Part shown: positions 12,601 to 24,600 of the stretch, piece after piece
How positions within the stretch are numbered: the first letter of the stretch is position 1
Layout: each line of letters starts with the position of its first letter
NCBI GenBank assembly: GCA_027065245.1
Contig: JAMOOS010000152.1
Coordinates: 1-45,228, forward strand
Length of the DNA stretch: 45,228 nt
Direction: 5' to 3'
From: Desulfuromonadaceae bacterium
Lineage (GTDB): Bacteria; Desulfobacterota; Desulfuromonadia; Desulfuromonadales; Desulfuromonadaceae
Notes under the pieces: model-generated
The model's database searches: none
What the model was told of the DNA's origin: nothing
What the model saw: the letters and a program-made list of their open reading frames with translations, nothing else
Program-made: the position numbers and the translations under genes

Positions 12601-15600
12601 TGATGGCGCCATTGCCGCCACCGCCGCCAATACTCTGCGCCTGCACACCGGCACTGTAGTCTCCGTTGGAAACCACATTTGTCTGAGCATGCAGGGTTAC
12701 GGTATCGCCGCTGCCGCCATCGCCACCAAAACCGCCGACACCGCAGGCAAAAGTACCGCCGGTACTAACGCCGCCGGTTACATTGACAGCGCCGTTACCT
12801 CCACCGCCACCAACACTCTGCGCCAGAATTGCGGCGCGGTTGTCGCCCACCGCCTTGGTATTGTTGTTATTTACCGTCAGTAATACATCACCGCCACTGC
12901 CGCCATCGCCACCAAAACCACCTACGCCAACAGTGAGACCGGCACCACTGGAGGAGGACGAAGTAGAAATATTGACGCCGCCAGTCACATTGACACCACC
13001 GTTGCCGCCGCCGCCACCGATACTTTGTGCCACGATGGCGCTGGAGCCATCATCCTTGTATGTATGGCTCTCACCGCTGACGGGATCGATTTCGGTTCTG
13101 TTGACAACGCCACTTACCACAACATCACCCGTCACACGCGCCGTTACCGCACCACCGTTGCCGCCGTCGCCGCCAAAACCGCCGACACCGACACCGGCGG
13201 TAAAATCGTTGGAGTTGGTAAAGCCCAGCGCACCTGCCACATTGACACCACCGTTGCCGCCACCGCCGCCCAGGCTCTGCGCCAGCACGCCGTGGGCATT
13301 GGTGCCGAAGGTAGTCACCTGACCGGTGTATGTCAGCGACACCGCACCGGCATCGCCGCCACCGCCGCCAAAACCGCCGACACCAACGCTGGCAGCTACA
13401 TTCTTACCGCTCATGGCTATCGCCACATCGCCGGCGACATTTACGCCGCCGTTACCACCACTGCCAGCGATACTTTGCGCCAGCACACCGACGGAATCAG
13501 CCCCACTACCGAAACCGGAGTTTCCAGTGATAACAACACCGTCGAGAAGCGCCTCCACATCGCCGGAGTTACCGCCGCTGCCACCGAAACCACCCAGACC
13601 CAATGCCGCTGAACCACCGTTGCCACTGGTGGCGATATTAACCGCTCCGGTCACATTGACACCACCGTTGCCGCCACCGCCGCCGATACTCTGCGCTGCC
13701 AGAGCGGTGGAGCTGTCACCACGGGTCACAGTATCCCCGCAACGGCTCATAGAGACATTGCCACCATTGCCGCCACCACCGCCGAAACCACCAACACCGA
13801 GACCGACAGCGCCACCGTTACCACCGGTGCTGAGATTGAAGGTACCAGATACGTTGACACCACCGTTGCCACCGCCGCCACCCAGGCTTTGCGCCAGGAA
13901 ACCGCAGGAATCAGCGCCGAGAGTATTGATAATTCCGCTGAGCATGGCGGCGCTTACATCACCGCCATCACCGCCGCTGCCACCAAAACCGCCGAGTCCG
14001 GCAGCCACCGAACCGCCATTGCTGGTGGACAGGGATGCTGAGGCGGAAACATTGACACCACCGTTACCACCGCCGCCGCCAACGCTCTGTACGATAACGG
14101 CAGACGAGTTGTAACCAATACTGTTCAGATTGCCGTCTACATGCGAGATGACAGCACCGGCGTCCCCACCGCCGCCACCGAAACCGCCGAGTCCGGCACC
14201 GACAGAGCCATTGTTGGATGATGAAGCAGAGAGGCCAGCGGTGACATTGAAACCACCGTTACCACCGCCGCCGCCAAGGCTCTGCACCAGTATTACCCCG
14301 GAGTCATTACCGCAGGTGGCCATATCTCCATCGATATCGGCGCTGACATCATCACCTCTACCACCAGCGCCGCCGAAGCCGCCCAGACCGGCACCAACGG
14401 CACCACTACCGCCACCGGAGGCGGAAAACGCTCCGGCAACATTGAAACCGCCATTGCCGCCACCGCCGCCAAGGCTCTGAATTACCACCGCCAATGATTC
14501 ATCGCCGTAGGTCACTTTGTCGCCACTGACGGCGGCGTCAACAGCAGCACCATCACCACCGCCACCGCCGAAGCCGCCCAGACCGGCACCAACGGAACCG
14601 CTCTTACTGCTTGAAGCGGAAAACGAACCGCCAACGCTGAAGCCGCCACTGCCGCCACCGCCGCCAAGGCTCTGGACAAGCACTGCGTCGGAACGGTCAC
14701 CATTGGTGCGCACCGTTCCGGTAACAGTAGCGTCCACCGCACCGGCACCGCCGCCACCGCCGCCGAAACCACCCAGACCGGCGCCAATAGAACCGCTGTT
14801 ACTGCCGGATGCTGACAGACTGCCGCTGATGCTGAAACCACCGCCGCCGCCACCGCCGCCAATGCTCTGGACCACGACGGCTGCCGAATCATCGCCGTAG
14901 GTGGATTTGTCATCACTTACTACCGCATCGACGGAACCGGCGCTGCCGCCATCGCCACCGAAGCCACCCAGCCCAAAACCGATGGAACCGCTGTTACTGC
15001 CACTGCCGGAGACAGAACCAGCCACGGCGAAACCGCCGTTACCGCCGCCACCGCCGATACTTTGTACCAGCACTGCGCCCGCCGCGCCGCCAAATGTTCT
15101 GATAATACCGCTGATGGTGGCATCAACGTTGCCGGAGGCGCCGCCACTACCACCAAAACCACCGATACCGACACCGATACCGCCGCTGGCGCTGCTGCTG
15201 CCGGAGATATCACCACCGACGCTGAAGCCGCCATTGCCACCGCCGCCGCCAAGACTCTGGACAATTACTGCAGTGGATTTGCTGCCATAGGTGGTTTTCA
15301 CATCACTGACAGTGGCAGTCACGTTGCCACCGGTACCACCGTAACCACCAAAACCACCCAGACCGAAACCGACAGCACCACTGTACGAACCGGAACCGGA
15401 CAACGATCCGGAGACGGTAAAACCACCGTTACCGCCACCGCCGCCCAGACTTTGTATCAGCACCGCGCCGGACTCACCGCCCAGCGTGTTCATCTCACCG
15501 CTGATGGTGGCGCTAACATCACCACCGCTGCCACCGGAACCGCCGAAACCGCCGATACCGATACCAGCGCCACCGCTACCCTCACCGGCACCGGAAATAC

Positions 15601-18600
15601 TGCCGGTGACACTGAAGCCGCCATTGCCGCCACCACCACCGATGCTCTGGACAATTACCGCCGTCGATTTATTGCCTGTGGTGGTCTTTTTGCCGCTAAC
15701 TGCTGCGGTTACACTTTTACCCATACCGCCGCCGCCACCGAAACCACCCAGACCGAAGCCAACAGCACCGCTACCTTCACCCGCGCCGGAGACACCGCCT
15801 GAGATGGTAAAACCGCCGTTACCACCGCCACCGCCAAGGCTTTGCACCAGTACGGCGCCAGACTCATCACCCTTGGTCAGCATTATACCGGATACCGTGG
15901 CATCTACTACACCGCCATCACCACCGTAACCGCCAAAGCCACCGATACCGGCACCGACGGCACCGCTACCCTCACCAGCACCGGAAATACCGCCGGTGAC
16001 ACTGAAGCCACCATTGCCGCCGCCGCCACCGATGCTCTGGACAACTACTGCTGTCGACCTGTCACCAAGGGTTGCTTTGTCATCGGTTATTGCTGCGCTA
16101 ACCCCCGCGCTGCGACCACCGCCGCCGCCAAAACCACCCAAGCCGAAGCCAACAGCACCGCTGGCTTCGCCAGCACCGGAAACACCGCCTCCGATACTGA
16201 AGCCGCCATTACCGCCGCCACCGCCTAAGCTCTGTACCAGTACCGCGCCGGAATCGTCGCCGGAGGTATGCATATAACCGTCTATTGTCGCGCTTACTTC
16301 CTCACCATCACCGCCATCGCCACCAAAACCGCCGATGCCGACTCCCGCGCTGCCGCTGGCCTCTCCAGCCGCAGAGATGGCACCATCGATGGTAAAACCA
16401 CCGTTACCGCCACCACCGCCGATACTCTGGACAACCACTGCAGTCGATTCATTACCGACGGTATATTTTTGACCACTGATTGTAGCTGCTACCGCCCCGG
16501 CGCCGCCGCCATCGCCGCCAAAACCGCCGATGCCGACTCCGGCGCTGCCGCTGGCCTCTCCGGCCGCAGAGATGGCACCGGCGATGCTGAAACCGCCGTT
16601 ACCGCCGCCGCCACCGACACTCTGAACCAGCACGGCACTGGAATCTTCACCCTTGGTACTTACATCACCGCTATATGTGGCTGACACCGCCGCGGCATCA
16701 CCACCGCCGCCGCCGAAACCGCCGACTCCAACTCCGGCACCGCCACTACCGTATCCAGCAGCGGAGATAGCACCATCTATGGTAAAACCACCATTGCCGC
16801 CGCCGCCGCCAAGACTCTGAACGACTATTGCGTCTGCATCGTGTTCCCAGGTGAGCATATTGCCGCTGACGTCAGCGGTTACCTGCGCGCCATCACCGCC
16901 ATCGCCGCCAAAACCACCTACGCCCACCCCGACACCAGCACTGGCGTACACCGATGCCGATACCGCACCGGCAATACTGAAACCGCCGTTGCCACCACCG
17001 CCGCCGACGCTTTGCACCAGTACGGCGCCGGAATTAGCTCCCTTGGTTTCGACGTCACCGGTTACTGTGGCACTGGTTGTCGCGCCGTCGCCACCGCCGC
17101 CGCCGAAGCCACCTACGCCAACCCCGGCCGCGCCACTGGCATAGCCTCCGCCGGAGATGGCGCCATCGACGGTAAAACCGCCGTTGCCACCACCGCCGCC
17201 GATACTTTGTACCTGTATCGCCGTGGAATCGTGACCCCAGGTGAGCATATTGCCGGTAACAGTTGCATCCACCGCCGCGCCATCACCACCACCGCCGCCA
17301 AAACCACCGACGCCAACGCTCACAGCGCCGCTGTATGAGCCTATTTCGTACATATTGACAGCGATGGATCCGCCGCCGGCAACACTGAATCCGCCGTTGC
17401 CGCCACCACCGCCGATACTCTGCACCAGTACCGCGCCCGATTCGCTGCCGACAGTTTCGCTGTCGCCTGTTATCGTGGCAGTTACGTCGCCACTGTTGCC
17501 GCCATCGCCGCCAAAACCGCCGATGCCGACATTTACCGCGCCACTGGCTACTCCAGCGGCTGAAATACCGCCATCGACAGTAAAGCCGCCGTTGCCGCCG
17601 CCGCCGCCAATACTCTGCACCGTTACTGCGGTGGAATTGTTGCCAACGGTATTTTTCGTCCCGTCGACGGTGGCGATTACGGCACCGGAATTACCGCCAT
17701 CGCCGCCAAAACCACCGATACCGGTCATAATGGAACCACTGCCGATTATGGCCCCGGAACCGCCACCGGCAATGCTGAAACCACCGTTACCGCCGCCACC
17801 GCCGATACTCTGTACCAGCACGGCGCCTGACTCCCGCCCGACAGTAGCGAGATCGCCATAGAGCAGTGCTGTTATATCGCTGGCATAGCCGCCATCACCG
17901 CCAAAACCGCCAACGCCAACGCCCACCGCGCCACTGAGAACACCGGCAAGTGATACAGAACCATCGACAGTAAAGCCGCCGTTGCCGCCGCCGCCGCCGA
18001 TACTCTGTACCATCATCCCGATGGAGCGGTCGCCGCTGGTAACTACATCGGATTGTGCTTTTGTGTACACATCGGCACCGCTACCACCATCGCCACCAAA
18101 ACCACCGACGCCTACAGTAACGGCCCCGCTGGCTGCGCCAGCACCGGAAATAGCTCCAGCAACGGAAAAGCCGCCGTTACCGCCGCCGCCGCCAACACTC
18201 TGTACCAGCAACGCTCCGGAATCGTCACCGCCAGTGGTCAGAACGCCGCTGATATCGGCGTGAACCGTATCGGCAGCACCGCCACCACCGCCAAAGCCGC
18301 CGATACCGACACCGACAGCAGCACTGTTCACACAAGAGCCGGATACACTACCGCCCACAGTAAAGCCGCCGTTGCCGCCGCCGCCGCCGATACTCTGTAC
18401 CGCTACCGCGCCAGATCGGTTGCCAGCGGTTGTTTTGTTGCCGCTGACGGTGGCTGTTACGGCTCCGGCTGTACCGCCATCTCCACCGAAACCACCTATC
18501 CCTACAGTTATTGCCCCGCCGCTGGCACTGCTCCACGACAGCGAGCCATCTATGCTGAACGCTCCGTTGCCGCCGCCACCACCGAGGCTCTGCACCACAA

Positions 18601-21600
18601 CTGCACTGGAGTCGTCACCGCCGGTGTTTACCACTGAGGTCAACGTAGCATCGACATTGCCGGACTTACCGCCATCGCCGCCAAAACCGCCGATGCCGAC
18701 CCCAACGCCGCCGCCAAACACACCTGCAGCGGACAATGACAGGTTGCCGGTTACATTGAACCCGCCGTTGCCACCACCGCCGCCGATACTCTGCACGGCA
18801 ATTCCGCCGGCCTTGTCACCAGCAGTGGCAACGCCGCCGCTGACATTGGCACTGACATCGGCGCCAGTACCACCACCGCCACCGGCACCACCGATGCCCA
18901 CAGATATGGCGCCGCCGGTGGCAGCGGTAACTGAAACTGAGCCGTCCACGGCGAAACCACCGTTACCACCGCCGCCACCAAGACTTTGGATAACTACGCC
19001 GCTGGCTTTATCACCGAAAGTTTGCAGCAACCCGGAAAACCCGGCGTCCACTACGCCACCGTCGCCCCCCTTGCCACCGGCACCGCCAATACCGAAACTG
19101 AACGCCCCGCCGACTGCGCCAGTTTCCAGGGAACCATCTATAACAAAGCCGCCATTACCGCCGCCGCCACCAATACTCTGGAACACGGCACCGTCGGAAC
19201 CGTAGCCGTGGGTTACAAGATGGCTGCTGTTAAGCGTGGCGGTAAGCGCCGCTGCATCTCCGCCGCCAGCACCGCCACCGCCGATGCCGACAACCACCGC
19301 CGCGCTGGCTCCGCCGACAAACGACATGGATCCATTGATGGAAAAGCCGCCGTTGCCGCCGCCACCGCCCACGCTCTGGAACACGGCACCGTCGGATTCG
19401 GAACCGACAGTATCGATTGGTGCGACAACATTACAGGTAATGCTGCCGGCATCGCCACCGATATCACCACTGCCACCGATACCGACGCCGGTGGATAGTC
19501 CGGCGACACTGGCACTATTAGCCGCGCCACTTATGTTGAAACCACCATTGCCACCACCACCACCAACACTCTGCACCAGCAACGCTCCCGACTCGTCGCC
19601 GCCGGTAGACATTGCGCCATCGAAGTCAAGCGCCACGTCATCACCATCACCACCGCCGCCGCCGCTGCCGCCTACACCGACACTGATGGCGCCGCTGGCA
19701 CCGCCAGCAACGGAGGCAGCGCCTGTGATGTCGAAACCACCGTCACCGCCGCCACCGCCTATACTTTGCAGAATAACCGCGTAGGATTTATCCCCGCTGG
19801 TGACAAAGCTGCCCGTTAGATCAGCGCTGACGCTATCACCATCGCCACCACCGCCGCCGCTGCCGCCAATACCGACGCTGACAGCGCCGCTGGCACCTCC
19901 GGCTGCACTGCCTGACGCTGTAATGCTGTAGCCACCGCAACCACCACCGCCACCGATACTCTGAGCCAGCAAGGCGCCAGAGCGATCACCACTGGTGGTT
20001 ATACTGCCGGAATAATCTACCTCGACCTCACCTGCAGAACCGCTGTCACCGCCACTGCCTCCAATACCGATACCTACGGCACCACCTGCACCGGGATTAA
20101 CCTGCAAACTGCCATCGACCACGAAGCCACCGGCACCGCCGCCGCCGCCGATACTCTGGGCGATAAGACCACCAGAGTCATTACCACTGGTTCGAATAAC
20201 CGAGCTGGAATCAACTATCACATCCCTGCCCACTCCGCTGGTACCGCCACTGCCGCCAAGAGCCAGAGAAATAGCGGCAAATGTACCCACCGTACCGTGT
20301 ACGGCAAAACCTCCGTCACCACCGCCACCACCTACGCTTTGGGCAAAAATACCGCGCGACCAGTCACCATTGGTGGTAATTGCCGAGAGGTATTCAATAC
20401 CGTCAAGGGTAAATTTATCAACGGTGACACTGACATCATCGCCGTCGCCGCCACCACCGCCGCCACTGCCCAAAGCAAAACCGGCAAAGGCCGATCCGGC
20501 GGACGAACTGCCACCACTGCCGCCACCGCCACCGAGACTTTGCGCAAAAATGGCGTCGGCACCGCTGGTGTGGGTGGTAATATTGCCTGCGCTGCTGACG
20601 GTTACACTGCCGCCGTCTCCCCCGGCGGCACCACTGCCCCCCATGGTAAAAAACGCCCCGCCAACACAACCACCGTTGCCGCCTCCGCCGCCGACACTTT
20701 GGGCAAAAATGCCCCCGGATGAACCGACAGGAACTGCCACATCTTGAATATCAATTACGATATCACCATCAATACCGGTTTCTATAAAACCGTGATTTTC
20801 AACACTTACATCACCTGCGTCACTGGCTCCGCCACCACTGCCGCCAAATGTGAGAATACCGCCACTATCGGGAGCACTACCGCCGCCGCCGCCGATACTC
20901 TGGGCAAAAATAGCGTTGGAAAACACCCCTTTGGTATACAGGCTGTCGTAGTTGATCACTGTAACGTCGCCGCCGTTGGCAGCACCACCGCCGCCACCAC
21001 CGATGGAGACAGCACCACCGCTGCTGCTGCCGCCACCGCCACCACCACCGACGCTCTGAGCGAAAATAGCGTTGGCAGCATAACCGTCGGTGGCAATACT
21101 CCCGGCAACTGTTCCATCCCCGTGACTGACACTGACATTACCGGCATTGCCACTGCCACCGCCGTGGCCACCGATGGAGACAGCGCCGCCGCTACCGGCA
21201 CCGTTACCGCCGCCGCCGCCGATACTCTGAGCCAGAATACCGTTGGAATAGTCACCGGCGGTACTCAATATGCCGCTGCTGGAAACGGTCACATCGGCAG
21301 CATTCCCGGCGCGGGCACCAGCTCCACCGATGGAAACGGCGCCGCCGCTGCCTGCGCCATCGCCACCACCGCCACCAATGCTCTGGACAAAAATGGCGTC
21401 GGACCATTTGCCGCCGGTGGCAATATCCGTGGCCAGGCTGGTAACCGTTACGCTGGAACCATTACCGCCGTCGCCGCCATGACCACCGATGGAAACCGCG
21501 CCGCCACTGCCTGCGCCATCGCCACCACCGCCACCAATGCTCTGGGCAAAAATACCGCGTGCATAGTCACCACGGGTAGTAAGAACAGTACTGCTGCTGG

Positions 21601-24600
21601 CAACTGTAACGGTGCCACCGTCACCACCTACCCCGGCGTTACCACCCAACGAAACTGCACCGCCGCTGGAACCTGGATCGGCGGCACTGCGCCCCTCTCC
21701 GCCACCGCCACCGATACTCTGGGCAAAAATGGCGTCGGAACCGTCCTTTTCCGTCGAAATAGAACCGCTGTTGTTAACGGTAACACTGGAACCATCGGCC
21801 GAATTGGCCGCGTTACCACCGATGGAAACCGCACCACCGCTGCTACCACCGCTGCCACCGCCGCCGCCGACGCTCTGAGCGAAGATTCCCTCCGAATCCT
21901 CGCCACGAGTCACGATATTACCACTGTTGCCCACTTCCACCTGACCGGCGTCGGCACCACCGCCACCACCTCCGCCAAGGGAGACAGCGCCACCGCTGCC
22001 AGCGCCATAACCACCGCCACCGGCTATACTTTGAGCGAAGATCCCATGGGAATCGTCGCCGCTGGTAGCCAGGGCGCTATCGTTGATCACAGTAACGTCT
22101 CCGCTGGTGCAACCAGAACCGCCGTTACCGCCAAGAGAAACAAAACCGCCGCTACCGGCACCGTTGCCACCACCACCGCCAATGCTCTGAGCAAAGATAG
22201 CTGCCGAACTGTTACCGCCGGTGGTAATAACACCGCTGTGACTGCGCACTTCTACATCAGCTCCACTACCACCGCCACTACCAGCGCCGCCTAAAGAGAC
22301 AAAACCGCCGCTGCCAGCGCCACTACCGCCACCACCGCCGACACTTTGAGCAAAGATGCCGTAGGAATAATATCCCAAAGTAGAGATCAGATCAGCGCTG
22401 CTGTCGACAAAGACACCGCCACCGTTGCCACCGCCGCTGCCATCACCGCCCAGTGAAACAAAACCACCGCTGCCGTAACCACAGCCACCGCCGCCGCCTA
22501 TGCTCTGGGCATGGACAGCGCTGGCGTATGAACCCATGGTGGAGATATCACCGGAATTGGTAACCCGCACCTCGCCACTGTTGCCGCCACCGCTGCCATC
22601 GCCACCAAGGGAAACCAGGCCACCGCTGCCGGAACCGTCGCCGCCACCGCCACCTATACTCTGGGCAAAGATGCCACGTGAACCAGAACCAACAGTATTA
22701 ATTTTGCCACTGTTGGTTACCGTCACATTGCTACCATTGCCGCCAGCGCTACCGTCACCGCCAATGGAAACACCGCCACCACTACCGGCGCCGTTGCCAC
22801 CGCCACCGCCGATACTCTGAGCGAAAATGGCATCTGAAAGTGCACCGTGGGTATATATCTGGCCGCTGTTGGTTACCGTCACCCAACTGCCATCGCCGCC
22901 GCCATCGCCATCGCCACCGAGGGAAACAAGACCGCCGCTGCCGCCACCGCTACCGCCACCACCGCCGATACTCTGGGCAAAGATACCGCCGCTGCAAAAA
23001 CCGTAAGTGTGGAGAAAACCATGATTGGTGATTTTCACCCAGTCGCCGTCACCACCGCCGCTGCCGGTTCCACCAATGGAAACTATGCCACCGCTGCCGC
23101 CACCGGCACCACCGCCACCACCGATACTCTGGGCGTACATGGCACGGGAGTAGTCTCCCTGCGTCTCAATACTGGCAGAACTGTCAACCGTTACCGAGCC
23201 ACCATCGCCGCCACCACCGCCGCTGCTGCCGATGGCAACCATACCGGCACCCAGACCGCCGCTGCCACCACCGCCGCCGATACTCTGCGCCAGTATACCG
23301 TGAGAAAAATCCCCCACCGTTGTTATGGCAGAGCCAGCACCGGCTTCAACTACCACCGAAGCTCCGTCACCGCCGCCGCTGCCCTTGGCACCCAGACCGA
23401 CAATACCAGCACCGAGACCGGCGTTGCCACCGCCGCCACCGATACTTTGAGCAATAATGCCGGACGAACTGTCTCCTCTGGTTACAATGGTGCCGTTGTG
23501 CTCGACACGCACGCAGCCACCATCACCGCCGCCGCTGCCCCTGGCACCAAGGCCGACAATGCCAGCACCAACACCGCCGTTACCACCGCCGCCACCGATA
23601 CTCTGGGCCAGAATACCGCTGGCAGCATTGCCAGCGGTGTCAATGCTGGAATTAACACCAGTGGTAACTTTAACGCATCCGGCATCACCCCCGGCTGAAC
23701 CATCACCACCAAGGCCGACAATACCGCCGCCGCTGCCGCCGTCACCGCCTTCACCGCCGATGCTCTGGGCAAACACACCACCACTACCGGTGCCGGTGGT
23801 AATGATGGAACCGTTGTGCACAACCTCAGCCCCGCCACCGTTACCACCCTTGCGCGAACTGCCGCCGGCACCGACAATCCCCCAGCTGCCACCGCCGTTG
23901 CCAGCGGAACCGCCGATACTCTGGGCAAAAATACCGTAGGAATAGCTGCCGCTGGTGGAGATTGCACCATTACTGCCGTTCTCCACGTACACGTTGCCAC
24001 CGGCTGCTGTTCTACCGCTGTAACCACCACTGCTCCATATATAACCGCTGCCGCCGTCACCGGCTTTGCCGGCACTGCTGCGGGCATAGATACCACAACT
24101 GCCATTGGAGCCACTGGTCGTAATATCGGTATCGGCGTGAAGATTTATATCGCCGCCGGCACCGGCGGCTCCGCCGTGTTCAGCATCAATGTTACCGTAA
24201 GAATCGCCACCATCACCGCCATCGCCGCCACGATTGACAATATAGATTCCCGGTAAACCATTACTGACAGTGGAAATATGGGTGGCATGATTTGACGACG
24301 GCACGGTAACATTGCGGGTAGTAGGCTTCTTGCCATCTCCACCGGGATGTGGTTCGTAAGCAACAGTCGCACACACACCAGCTATACACACCCGTACGCC
24401 ATAGCCATCGCGACCATCACCGCCATGCTTGCCATGATGGTTGATGTATATATTGTGGACATTGCCACTGGCCGGTGGCGGCGGATCATCACCTTCAGGA
24501 TCAGCCGGATCGCCGTTAGGATCTATGGGGTCACCGTTTTCATCAACAACATTGCTGTCATCATAATCGAAAGAAACATCAACTATTTTGGTAACGGTTA

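Noticed and set aside
8360-23490. Several RGD tripeptides in the passenger
   Set aside because: Most fall at the TxGD position of the repeat consensus and are expected by chance. Nothing supports integrin binding.
8700-24150. Regularly spaced ccgccgatactctg-type DNA repeats resembling a CRISPR or ncRNA array
   Set aside because: They vary at synonymous positions, keep frame, have 156-195-nt periods with related intervening sequence, and no cas genes are present. They are coding repeats.
5269-24256. Many plus-strand poly-Pro and Thr/Ala-rich ORFs (up to 595 aa) and alternate-frame minus-strand ORFs
   Set aside because: Shadows of the GGC/GGT-rich autotransporter frame. The antisense of Gly codons gives Pro/Ala/Thr runs with few stop codons.
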